Shown piece after piece: positions 10,544-19,013 of a stretch of DNA of 64,000 bases; position 1 is the stretch's first letter, and each line of letters opens with the position of its first letter. The DNA is from Candidatus Moanibacter sp. (GTDB lineage: Bacteria; Verrucomicrobiota; Verrucomicrobiia; Opitutales; UBA2987), in assembly GCA_965215885.1 (NCBI GenBank), contig CBDCEW010000083.1, positions 6,117 through 70,116 of the forward strand, in the 5' to 3' direction. Under the pieces are notes generated by a model that was given only the letters and a program-made list of their open reading frames with translations, was not told the origin of the DNA and searched no databases. Position numbers and translations under genes: made by a program.

Positions 10544-11359
10544 TCAAGAATCCCACAGATTCCTCGGCATAAAAAATTCTCGTTCTTTGGCGTCCGCATA
10601 ACCATCCATCGAAACTGCTACGACACCGGGACTGTTGAGTGCCGCTTGCACGATTTCGCGGTTGAATGAATGCACGTACTCGGACTCGAGATACTCCCTA
10701 ACCGGCATCCAGAGGCATTCCTCAATCTCCTGAACTTGAATCGTAATGTCGCGGTTCCGTGGTTTCAGTCGACAGACGAAGTAAATATCGGACTTCGAAT
10801 AACGATACCCGTGCCAGTGACGAAAGCAGACAATCGCGTCGAAGATCGTGTCGATACCAGTCTCTTCGCGAACTTCTCGAATGACACAATCGGCCAGGTG
10901 CTCCTGCGGATGAAGCGCGCCTCCCGGCAGCTTGTATGAGGGTTTCTTACTGCGCCGGTGACGCTCACACACAACGAGTATCTCGTTGCTGTCCGTCAGA
11001 ACGACGCCGCCGGCTCCAATGTAGTGGGTCGCGAAACCTGGAATGAAAGCATCCTCCGCCAGGCGAAGAGTCATCATCAGGTACTTTTCGCCGGTGTGAT
11101 GAAAGTCAAAACCGGCATCTACGCCCACTGGGACTAACTCGGATCGGTTTATCGGCACTTCCAGCCACACGAGAAGGATACCGTCTGCCCTCCACTGCTT
11201 GAGAGAATGATCCAACCGCCGCCGAAATACATCCGGATCAGCCGGCAGTCGATCCCGTTCGATTACGACTCCGTTGAACGGATTCACTGAGTGCTCGAGC
11301 AGCATGCTGTGGCAACTATCCCGAAATAATCCGCGGAGAGCTGGTCGAGCGTTGGACAT
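10544..11359 (-). CDS. NUDIX hydrolase with N-terminal accessory domain
   Basis: 271-aa ORF with the Nudix box GGALHPQEHLADCVIREVREETGID. About 100 aa precede the Nudix fold (FNGVVIE...LLVWLEVP). Confidence 0.85.
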   Translation of the reverse strand: MSNARPALRGLFRDSCHSMLLEHSVNPFNGVVIERDRLPADPDVFRRRLDHSLKQWRADGILLVWLEVPINRSELVPVGVDAGFDFHHTGEKYLMMTLRLAEDAFIPGFATHYIGAGGVVLTDSNEILVVCERHRRSKKPSYKLPGGALHPQEHLADCVIREVREETGIDTIFDAIVCFRHWHGYRYSKSDIYFVCRLKPRNRDITIQVQEIEECLWMPVREYLESEYVHSFNREIVQAALNSPGVVAVSMDGYADAKEREFFMPRNLWDS

Positions 11360-11401
11360 TTCTCCCCGTCACCGTGTCTCGCTCCCTCTTTCCTTTCAAC
11401 G

Positions 11402-12361
11402 CTACCCCCGGTACTCCACCGCCTCGATCTCATTCACCAGCCGAACGGATTTGATGACATCGCGAATGTCCGTAATCGGAAAGCCGCCATTGTGGATACA
11501 GTCGACGAGGTCTCGGTGCATGCGAAGCTCACCGCCATAGGCCAATTTATCCTCCGGGTCATCTCCATCAATCTCCCAAGCCGGAATCGTCCGCGTCTCG
11601 TCGTTCTCCGCGATCACTATCTTATCCGGCAATTGGAGGTAGCACCCCACCCCGACACCGTGCACATCGGCTTCGAGAACCCGCGCACCCGACGCGCGAT
11701 TGGCGACAATCACGCCCGTCGCGTCATTGTCGAACCGCACCAGGGCGACGTAGCTGTTGTAGTGGTCGGAACCGAATTTGTCCCGGTAAGCCGTAACCGC
11801 AGCCAGTTCGCCTCCAGACATGTAGCGCACCAGGTCAACGATGTGACACGCATCGTTCCAAAGCGTGCTGGTGCTCTCAAACGCCTTGTCGCCGAGCAGG
11901 CGCTTGTTAAAAGTCGCGCAAATCTGGGAAACCGCTCCGCTTGCGTTGACAACTCGCATCGCTTCGCGCGTCACTGCCGCATACCTCCGCTGGTGCCCCA
12001 CAAGGCAACACACCTCGTTCGCCACCGCGGCGTCGTGGATCTGCTGCGCTTCAGTGAGGGTTTTCCCCACCGGCTTCTCGATCAGCAGATGCGCACCGGC
12101 ATTCAGGCAATCCAATGCCGGCTGCAGCAGCCACTTCTCGTTCATCACGCAGTAGACGACATCCGGCTCCACCTCCCGAAACATCTGCATATGGTCCGTG
12201 TAGCTACGGGGAATCCCGTATTCATCCACCACAACCTGCATGAATGCTTCGTTCAACTCGCACACCGCCGCCACCTCGATGTCCTCCTTGAGCCGATGGA
12301 CAATCGGGTAATGCGTCCTACGGCTGCGGCTCCCGGCTCCGATAAATGCTGCTTTTAACAT
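11402..12361 (-). CDS. Gfo/Idh/MocA family oxidoreductase
   Basis: 319-aa ORF with N-terminal MLKAAFIGAGSRSRRTHYP and the LIEKPVG motif. Confidence 0.8.
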   Translation of the reverse strand: MLKAAFIGAGSRSRRTHYPIVHRLKEDIEVAAVCELNEAFMQVVVDEYGIPRSYTDHMQMFREVEPDVVYCVMNEKWLLQPALDCLNAGAHLLIEKPVGKTLTEAQQIHDAAVANEVCCLVGHQRRYAAVTREAMRVVNASGAVSQICATFNKRLLGDKAFESTSTLWNDACHIVDLVRYMSGGELAAVTAYRDKFGSDHYNSYVALVRFDNDATGVIVANRASGARVLEADVHGVGVGCYLQLPDKIVIAENDETRTIPAWEIDGDDPEDKLAYGGELRMHRDLVDCIHNGGFPITDIRDVIKSVRLVNEIEAVEYRG

Positions 12362-12921
12362 AATTTCGAAATCTGAATGTTCCTCGATTGCCCAGCGTTA
12401 ACGTACTGGGAAGATCTGAGAAAGAACACTAACGACGGCCGTGAACTTCGTGCAACTCAATTTCGGAGGCAACTGAGCATATGGCTCAAAGATTCTGTGA
12501 AATAGTCCGGTCACCTGACTATTGCCATTTCGAGACCAGCGTAGCTGAGCGTGGCAATCAAGAGAAGGGTAGGTGGGGCCTTCCCTATTCCTGGATCGCC
12601 GCGCCTCCCTTCGGTCGGCTCGCGATGACAGCGCCTCTTGTGTAGCTCTGCGCGAGTGACATCCGTATTGAGTTCCCCTCCTGGGAGGGGCAGGGGTGGG
12701 TTTTTCTCAAGTCTGTTTCTGCCTCCAATAGGGGCTATATTACCGCCCTCGATCGCTGTCTGCCGTGGACATAGTCGAAGGACATGCACTTAAACATCAA
12801 ATCAGACCAACCGGGTGCGATATCAAAACAGGCATATAGATGCTGATTCAAATCTTATTGAATCTCCGTCAAACCTCATATTCTCTGCGCACTAAACTGC
12901 AAAATAGCTTAAGGCACAAAA

Positions 12922-13716
12922 ATGAGTCTGAAATTCGAATACACTGTTTTCACAAAGCCCTGGCGGGATAAATCTCTCGGCGACTTGGGCAGATTCGTAA
13001 AAGACCTCGGCTTCAGTGGGGTTGAATTGCCCGTCCGACCCGGTTTTCAAGTAGAGCCGGAGAACGTCGATCGCGACCTGCCTGAAGCGGCCAGGATACT
13101 GCGCGAGGAAGGCGTTAAGATCGGCACTCTCGCTGGACCGACCGATGAGAAGACGATCGCGGCCTGCGAAGCAGCCGGGGTCCCAATCATCCGAATCTGT
13201 GTAAAACTCGACGCCCAACTTGGATACTTGAAGGAGGAAGCGCGTGTGCAAGAGCTGTTCGACGCTGCTCTACCGACGCTCGACCGGCACAGGGTCGCGA
13301 TTGGAGTACAGAATCACTGCGATTTTCAGGTGAACAATGCCATGGGTATTCTCCATATGATCGAAAAATATGATCCGAAGCATATCTGTGCTGTTCTCGA
13401 CCAGGCGCACTGCGGATTGAACGGTGAGCCGCCCGAATACGCCATCGACATCGTCTGGAAATATCTGCGGGTAATGAATCTCAAGAGCGCCTACTGGTTG
13501 CGAACCAACGGAACCGAGGCAGAATCCGCAACCTGGAAGAACTACTGGACAACCGGAAGGCACGGACTGGCCTACTGGCCACGAGTGGCAGCGGAATTGA
13601 AGAAGCGTAATTTCTCGGGGGATCTCTGTCTGACCGCGGAATACTCAGACCAGGACTCCGTCGACCGGCTCATCGCAGAAGACATCGCCTTCGCGCGCTC
13701 ACTCTTCGACGAGTAG
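12922..13716 (+). CDS. Sugar phosphate isomerase/epimerase (xylose isomerase-like TIM barrel)
   Basis: 264-aa ORF with blocks GFSGVELPVRPG, IGVQNHCDF, VLDQAHCGLNGE and LCLTAEYSD. Confidence 0.8.
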   Translation: MSLKFEYTVFTKPWRDKSLGDLGRFVKDLGFSGVELPVRPGFQVEPENVDRDLPEAARILREEGVKIGTLAGPTDEKTIAACEAAGVPIIRICVKLDAQLGYLKEEARVQELFDAALPTLDRHRVAIGVQNHCDFQVNNAMGILHMIEKYDPKHICAVLDQAHCGLNGEPPEYAIDIVWKYLRVMNLKSAYWLRTNGTEAESATWKNYWTTGRHGLAYWPRVAAELKKRNFSGDLCLTAEYSDQDSVDRLIAEDIAFARSLFDE

Positions 13717-13721
13717 AAATC

Positions 13722-13823
13722 ATGAAACTGTCCCTATCGATACGGGTGGCCGAAGCATTCGGGAATAAGCGAGTCCTGACAGTCCCGGTTGCGGAACTCG
13801 CCGCCATCGCAACCCAAGCATGA
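13722..13823 (+). pseudogene. 5' stump (33 codons) of another TIM-barrel isomerase-like gene
   Basis: MKLSLSIRVAEAFGNKRVLTVPVAELAAIATQA then a stop. It starts 6 nt after the stop of 12922..13716 and reads like the N-terminus of the same family. The rest is missing, and an ISL3 relic follows. Confidence 0.4.
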
Positions 13824-13898
13824 AGATGAACTGAGCACTCCGCGGGAAAAGCGTGGAGGACGAAATCACAATTAATCCTGACTGTGTGTAAGTAGGCG

Positions 13899-14470
13899 AT
13901 GGTGCGTTGGGGGCTCAAACGGCGCGATATGAGCGGGATTGAGGCGATCGGAGTCGATGAGGTGCAGTATCATCGAGGCCATCACTATCTCACCGTGGTC
14001 TACCAGCTTGACGAGGGGCGGCGGCGGCTATTGGGCGTATTCAATAAGCGCAACGTAAAATCGCTCTTGCGTTTTTTCTGGGAATTGGGAGCGCAAAAGA
14101 GCAGCCAGATCCTCTACGTCTGCTCGGATCTGTGGAAGCCTTACCTCAAAGTGATCAAGAAAAAGGCACCCCAGGCGCTGCACATCCTCGATCGCTTCCA
14201 CTTGGTAGCCAACCTGAACAAGGCCCTCAATGAGATTCGTGCTGCGGAAGCCAGGCGATTGCAACGGGACGGCTAATCAACGTGCTGGTCAAAAGCAAAT
14301 ACTGTTTCTTCAAAAATCCGCAAAATCTCACCCCCACCCAACAGATCCGCCTCAAGGAGGTGCTCCAATACGATCTGAAGAGCGTGCGGGCCTATCTACT
14401 AAAGGAGAGCTTTCAGCTCTTGTGGCATTATAAAAGTCCCTACTGGGCCCAATGGTATCAATGGTGCAGA
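13899..14470 (+). pseudogene. ISL3-family transposase relic (both ends missing, frameshift near 14272)
   Basis: ORFs 13899..14276 and 14282..14602 read collinearly as the ISL3 core: GVDEVQYHRGHHYLTVVYQL, VCSDLWKPYLKVI, ILDRFHLVANLN, then NPQNLTPTQQ...AYLLKESFQLLWHY. An in-frame stop lies upstream at 13893. The C-terminal xNGxxEGxN region is absent. Confidence 0.75.
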
Positions 14471-14496
14471 CCCGAATTGCACCAAAATAGGACAAA

Positions 14497-14606
14497 AATC
14501 GCTCGCAAGCGAGCTTCCTACAAATTGCGTAAGTTTTGTAGGAAGGCCGCTTGCGGCCGAATCGGGAACGTCGGTGATCAACGTAACGATTCCCTGAGCT
14601 AATGCC
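14497..14606. repeat. Family-H element, left-truncated copy
   Basis: The core GTAGGAAGGCCGCTTGCGGCCGAATCGGGAACGTCGGTGATCAACGTAACGATTCC matches 48905-48965. The left terminus is missing where it meets the ISL3 relic. Confidence 0.6.
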
Positions 14607-14621
14607 ATCCGGCATAGACTC

Positions 14622-15338
14622 CTATAACCCTGCCGGAACAAGACTGAGTTCGGGAACCCGAGCGCGAGGGTGAAGGTTAGCCACAAAGAGGCAGGCCTCT
14701 GCCACATCCTCGGGCTGCAGCGCCTTGGCCAATACCTCCGGTGGCGTGGGTGTGGGCCGTTTCAGGACGAGCGGTGTGTCGCAAAGACCGGGAAAGATAA
14801 CGGTTGCCCGGATTCCATTTTCACACTCTTCAAGGAATGTTCCGTGGGCCAGACCCGATAGTCCGCTCTTGCTCGCCTGGTAGGAGACACCGGATACATC
14901 CGGCGACAGAACCGCTTTGGTCGAAAGATAGATGATCAGGCCACTCTTTTGCTTTCGCATAGCCGGCAGGACCGCTTTTGTACAATAAAATGCGCCGCTC
15001 AGGTTCGTAGACATCATCATTTCCCACGTTTCGACCGACAAAACCTCAAGGCTCCTATCGGGGATATTTGTCCCCGCGGCGTAGACCATGATATCGACCC
15101 GCCCCAGTTTCTCGAGGGTCCTGGCGAGCAGCCGCTCGACCGATTCGGGGTCGGTCACGTCTGTCGGGCAAACTATCGCGCCATTTCCAATTTCTGTCGC
15201 AGCTTCTTCCAGCTTAGCTTCGCTGCGCGCCGCCAGAACTACCCGCATTCCATTCCGCGCGAAAGCAACTGCTGTCGCACGCCCCATTCCGCTGCTGCTT
15301 CCAACAATGACAGCTACACGATTGTTTTTCGGTTTCAT
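14622..15338 (-). CDS. Short-chain dehydrogenase/reductase (SDR)
   Basis: Contains VAVIVGSSSGMGRATA (TGxxxGxG-type) and the catalytic YQASK. ATG 15338 is preferred over TTG 15359. Confidence 0.85.
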   Translation of the reverse strand: MKPKNNRVAVIVGSSSGMGRATAVAFARNGMRVVLAARSEAKLEEAATEIGNGAIVCPTDVTDPESVERLLARTLEKLGRVDIMVYAAGTNIPDRSLEVLSVETWEMMMSTNLSGAFYCTKAVLPAMRKQKSGLIIYLSTKAVLSPDVSGVSYQASKSGLSGLAHGTFLEECENGIRATVIFPGLCDTPLVLKRPTPTPPEVLAKALQPEDVAEACLFVANLHPRARVPELSLVPAGL

Positions 15339-15498
15339 GTCCACTTCTCTAACCCGCAACGAATCTGCTTCAATTCAATTCGACAGGAGACTCATTACTC
15401 GAGTTCGTAAACACGATAATCACACCGAGAGGGATGGGAGTGCAATTGGGGGTCGCAACTAATACTTCCTCCGAAAAAGTGGTTTACCACGTAGCTTA

Positions 15499-15635
15499 CG
15501 ACAAGGTTCGGGACAAGGTTTGCGACGAGGTTTGAACAGAGGTGATTCCAACTCCTCCTCTGAGGTTTCTCTTCCCGTTACATGGAACCATCCGAAAGGG
15601 AAACCTCATCCCGAACCTTGGCGCGAACCTTGTCG
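15499..15635. repeat. Imperfect 35-bp inverted repeat built from CGACAAGGTT units
   Basis: 15499-15533 matches the reverse complement of 15601-15635 at 30/35. The CGACAAGGTT unit also occurs inside family-A copies. Confidence 0.6.
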
Positions 15636-15758
15636 AACTCACTTCGATTTTAGATCACGATTACGATCACGACAAAAGATCTAACAGACTTCGCACTCTT
15701 ATCGTGAATCTCAACCCTGTAGCCGGACGCCTTTGCGTTCGGTCTTAAGCAACTCCAG

Positions 15759-15819
15759 CCCGCCCAAGGGCGGTCCTACAGCTCTGACACACGGGTGGGT
15801 AGGACCGCCCTTGGGCGGG
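15759..15819. repeat. Perfect 21-bp inverted repeat with 19-nt loop
   Basis: CCCGCCCAAGGGCGGTCCTAC (15759-15779) pairs with GTAGGACCGCCCTTGGGCGGG (15799-15819). Each arm also contains the sub-palindrome CCGCCC..GGGCGG. Confidence 0.85.
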
Positions 15820-16011
15820 ATGAACCAGCACAGTGATTCAATCTAACAACATCCCGCGCAAAGCGGCCCGGCAGATCTGATCAGCGAGGCTTGGGAAGTT
15901 GCTTCCAGGTAGGACGGAGAACTCCTATTCTTATTGACGAAGAAACCGAAAGTGCATCGAAGATAGCAATTAGGAACCACGTAAATTCGATAACAGTAGG
16001 ATTACCAAGAA

Positions 16012-16619
16012 ATGGAAGAACCAAAACTTCGCCTCCTCCTGAAGAGTTCCCTCCGCAAAAAAATCCTCCCTTCCGAAGCGCTCGACAATCTCAAGAGCTT
16101 TGCGGAGGTAGAGGTCAACCCGCATGACCGCGACCTCACCGAAGATGAAGCCGTCGCATCCTTCTCTACGATCCCTTCGTAACGGAAGAGAGTGCGAGGG
16201 ACGCATACGGCGCGGAATTGGTTGACCTTGAAACCATGGCCCGCGAATCCGAAGTAGTCTCCTGCCACGCCCCCAAGCTCGACGCCACGAAGCAGATGTG
16301 GAACGCCACCCATTTCCGGCTCATGCAAGACGACGCCGTATTTATCAACAATTCCCGCGGCGCAAATATTGATGAGGACGCGCCCATCGCTGAACTGCAG
16401 ACCGGCCGCATCTTCGCCTGCATCGACGTCACAGAACCGGAACCGTGCGCACTGGACAGCCCCTTGCGCAGCCTCCCCAACGTCATCCTCACCCCCCACA
16501 TCGCGGGCGCGCAGACCTACCGTGTTGGGGAAATGGCCGCGGAAGAGCTGCGCCGTTACTTCGCCGGCGAGGAACAGCTCTTTCAGGTCAAAAAGGAGAT
16601 GCTCTTTCGGATGGGTTGA
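16012..16619 (+). pseudogene. D-isomer-specific 2-hydroxyacid dehydrogenase relic (internal deletion plus frameshift)
   Basis: N-terminal 56 codons (16012-16182, MEEPKLRLLLK...DLTEDEAVA) end in a stop. Another frame continues LLLYDPFV...VVSCHAPKLDATK...FINNSRGANIDE...DVTEPEP...ILTPHIAG to 16619. The NAD-binding GxGxxG region expected between them is missing. Confidence 0.65.
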
Positions 16620-16622
16620 TAA

Positions 16623-16871
16623 TCACTCGCTTGATTTACCATTACCACCAACCGAAGATATGCCTTTTTCAATCGCAACTACATGAAGACCAGCAACCGT
16701 AACACTGGAATCGTCATCGAACCACACAACTGCTCGAGTGCCTCTCGGATTCAACCCAGCGTGGTCAGAAGTGGGAACGGGGTATCGCCCCCCACTACTT
16801 GTAACTATGGTAAATGCCTCGAAGGGGCTGGCTTCCAAATGCTGGCGAATATCTCCAATCACAACAATCAA
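16623..16871 (-). CDS. Hypothetical small protein
   Basis: 82-aa ORF lying tail-to-tail with the dehydrogenase relic. No recognisable motif. It is kept only because it fills an otherwise empty gap. Confidence 0.35.
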   Translation of the reverse strand: MIVVIGDIRQHLEASPFEAFTIVTSSGGRYPVPTSDHAGLNPRGTRAVVWFDDDSSVTVAGLHVVAIEKGISSVGGNGKSSE

Positions 16872-17158
16872 TAGTGCCTACTTTATCCTGGATTTGCAAA
16901 CTCAAATCCAGGATCCGGTCTTGCCACACTACACTAATCTTGATCCCGTCGAGCGGGGCGAGGAAGAATGACGAAACAATTCAAACGAACTGGAGCGAAA
17001 CCAAATCCTCACTAGAGGCTGATCGAAAAGGGTAATTCATGCACCCTAGTCTCCACTCGACCCCTGTCCCCCAAGAGCACCCAGGTCCGGTTAGTGCCTG
17101 GATAGCCAAGACAGTATTGCTCCAAACAATGAAATGATGAGTGGAGCGACATGATATA

Positions 17159-19006
17159 CTACCAGCGGTAGGTGAAATAGAAAGATACCTGACGCCTTGC
17201 GGCCGGAGTTGCAGGGATTTCTTCGAAACTGCTATTGAACAAATTATCGACCGCCATACTCAGTTCCAGTCCTTCGAACTCAGGGACAAACACAACCAGG
17301 CCGAGTGACGTAAGGGCTGCATTATCCGAGCTGCGCCTCAGTGGATTTTCCTTCTGGGAACGGAATTCGTTATCGATGCGCAATTCGAACCGTTCAAGGA
17401 AGCGATAAACAAATGCCGCGGTAAAGCGGTGCCGAGGAAAGTTCAGAGCATAAAAACTGGCATCAACTTGAGCGCTCCCGTAGTCCTCGCTCTTCCTGAC
17501 GTAAGTATAACCGAGCATCAAACTTAGATTCTTCCAGCTCTTAATGAAGGTTACTTCGCTACCAAACGTATCGATATCCACATTATTAGCGCTGCGCGCG
17601 GAGGTGCTCTCAAAATTGAAGGTCCAATCCAACAACCCACGGTCGAGCCTGTAAAAGAGAGCGACATGGCTCTGCCAATTCGGGCGAAAATAATCAACCC
17701 CTACCTCAAAATTCCTGCTGCGCTCACGAGCCGCATCGGGCTTGCCACGAAAGAGCCCCGCATTGGGGTTGGCGCCAATTGCAGTGTAACCCGACACCTG
17801 GCTGCTATCCGCATATTCGAAATACACGCGCCGCCCGCTGCCGTCTTTGGCTCTCTTAGAAAAGGATAGCGAAGCCATCGGAGACACTCTCGAATCGTCC
17901 CGGTTTGTGTCATCGTAGCTCGCGCCGATTCGCAGAACGAATTCAGCCCCTTCAGCAATTGAACGGCGCCACTCCGGGACCATAGCGATTTTGTAGTAAC
18001 TGCGAGAGCGGAACGGCCCGAATACCAGATTGCTGGACGTGATTTCGTCAGAAACAAACTGTCCGCTGTAATTTAGAGCGAAACCCTCGAACGCCTGCCT
18101 CCCCTGGAAACCAGCAGACCAAACCACAGTTTCATGTTTAAAGGGATTAAACTGTCCCGGAACATAACGGTTGAATTCGTAATCATCCTTGTGCCGCCGG
18201 TAGTAGACCGTAATTTCCAAGTAACTCTCATCAGGGAAATTCGTTCGGTGGTTGACCATATACAGGTTCGTCTGCAAATTCTCCGTCTCGGCTACATTGA
18301 AAGGCGTATACATGTTTGGCCATCCAAAGAACTTCGACTGATACCCGGCGAAGAAGTCAGTCTGTGAATGCTCCCTGAGTAGCTGAATCCTCCCACCAAA
18401 CCGATCGAATTCATAGTCGCCATCAGGACGCGTACCGTCGGACTCCGAACGCGCAAAAGAAAGATCGATTCCTACTGTTTTCCCCTTGTTAAACTCGACA
18501 ACTTCGCCGACATAAACGCGCTGCAGATTTAAGGCGTTGTCCCCGATTCCTACCGCGGCTTCACCACTGCTGTCGATCGCGTTCCATGCGTAATTTATGG
18601 AACCCACCGTCGAATTAAATCCCGCATGCGCATTCTCAATCCCGGTAATGATCCTCGGCACCGAAAGCATCTTTGGATCGATAGGGATCTCGGCAAAATA
18701 GTGCCCCGTCTGCGGATCAAAAAGAGTGGCCGCCCCTACCCTGAATCCGGTGTTCTCAAAAATACCTCCGCGTATACTCACATCGCCCTGTGCCTCAGCC
18801 AGATTCCGGGACTGTATATCGATAAGAGGCTCGTAGCGGAGTTCCGTAACCGCTGTGGCATACGTGCCCGCCGAATCGGGATTAGCTACCCTCGACACCG
18901 TTACTGTTAGCTCCGGTAAAGTCGCGAAAGCCTCCGCATTCAGACCAGGACTCTGTGCAAATCCCGTGACTGGCAAACAGGCTAGTATCAAGAGGTTCCT
19001 CTTCAT
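17159..19006 (-). CDS. TonB-dependent outer-membrane receptor (BtuB-sized)
   Basis: 615 aa with signal peptide MKRNLLILACLPVTGFAQS, a TonB-box-like ELTVTVSR and a plug block DVSIRGG. The beta-barrel has repetitive aromatic ends and the C-terminus is ...YFTYRW. Confidence 0.9.
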   Translation of the reverse strand: MKRNLLILACLPVTGFAQSPGLNAEAFATLPELTVTVSRVANPDSAGTYATAVTELRYEPLIDIQSRNLAEAQGDVSIRGGIFENTGFRVGAATLFDPQTGHYFAEIPIDPKMLSVPRIITGIENAHAGFNSTVGSINYAWNAIDSSGEAAVGIGDNALNLQRVYVGEVVEFNKGKTVGIDLSFARSESDGTRPDGDYEFDRFGGRIQLLREHSQTDFFAGYQSKFFGWPNMYTPFNVAETENLQTNLYMVNHRTNFPDESYLEITVYYRRHKDDYEFNRYVPGQFNPFKHETVVWSAGFQGRQAFEGFALNYSGQFVSDEITSSNLVFGPFRSRSYYKIAMVPEWRRSIAEGAEFVLRIGASYDDTNRDDSRVSPMASLSFSKRAKDGSGRRVYFEYADSSQVSGYTAIGANPNAGLFRGKPDAARERSRNFEVGVDYFRPNWQSHVALFYRLDRGLLDWTFNFESTSARSANNVDIDTFGSEVTFIKSWKNLSLMLGYTYVRKSEDYGSAQVDASFYALNFPRHRFTAAFVYRFLERFELRIDNEFRSQKENPLRRSSDNAALTSLGLVVFVPEFEGLELSMAVDNLFNSSFEEIPATPAARRQVSFYFTYRW

Positions 19007-19013
19007 GTTTTTA

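Noticed and set aside
11492-12358. 288-aa ORF antisense to the Gfo/Idh/MocA gene
   Set aside because: It is a shadow ORF. The minus-strand product has the Rossmann and EKP motifs, and the plus-strand product has none.
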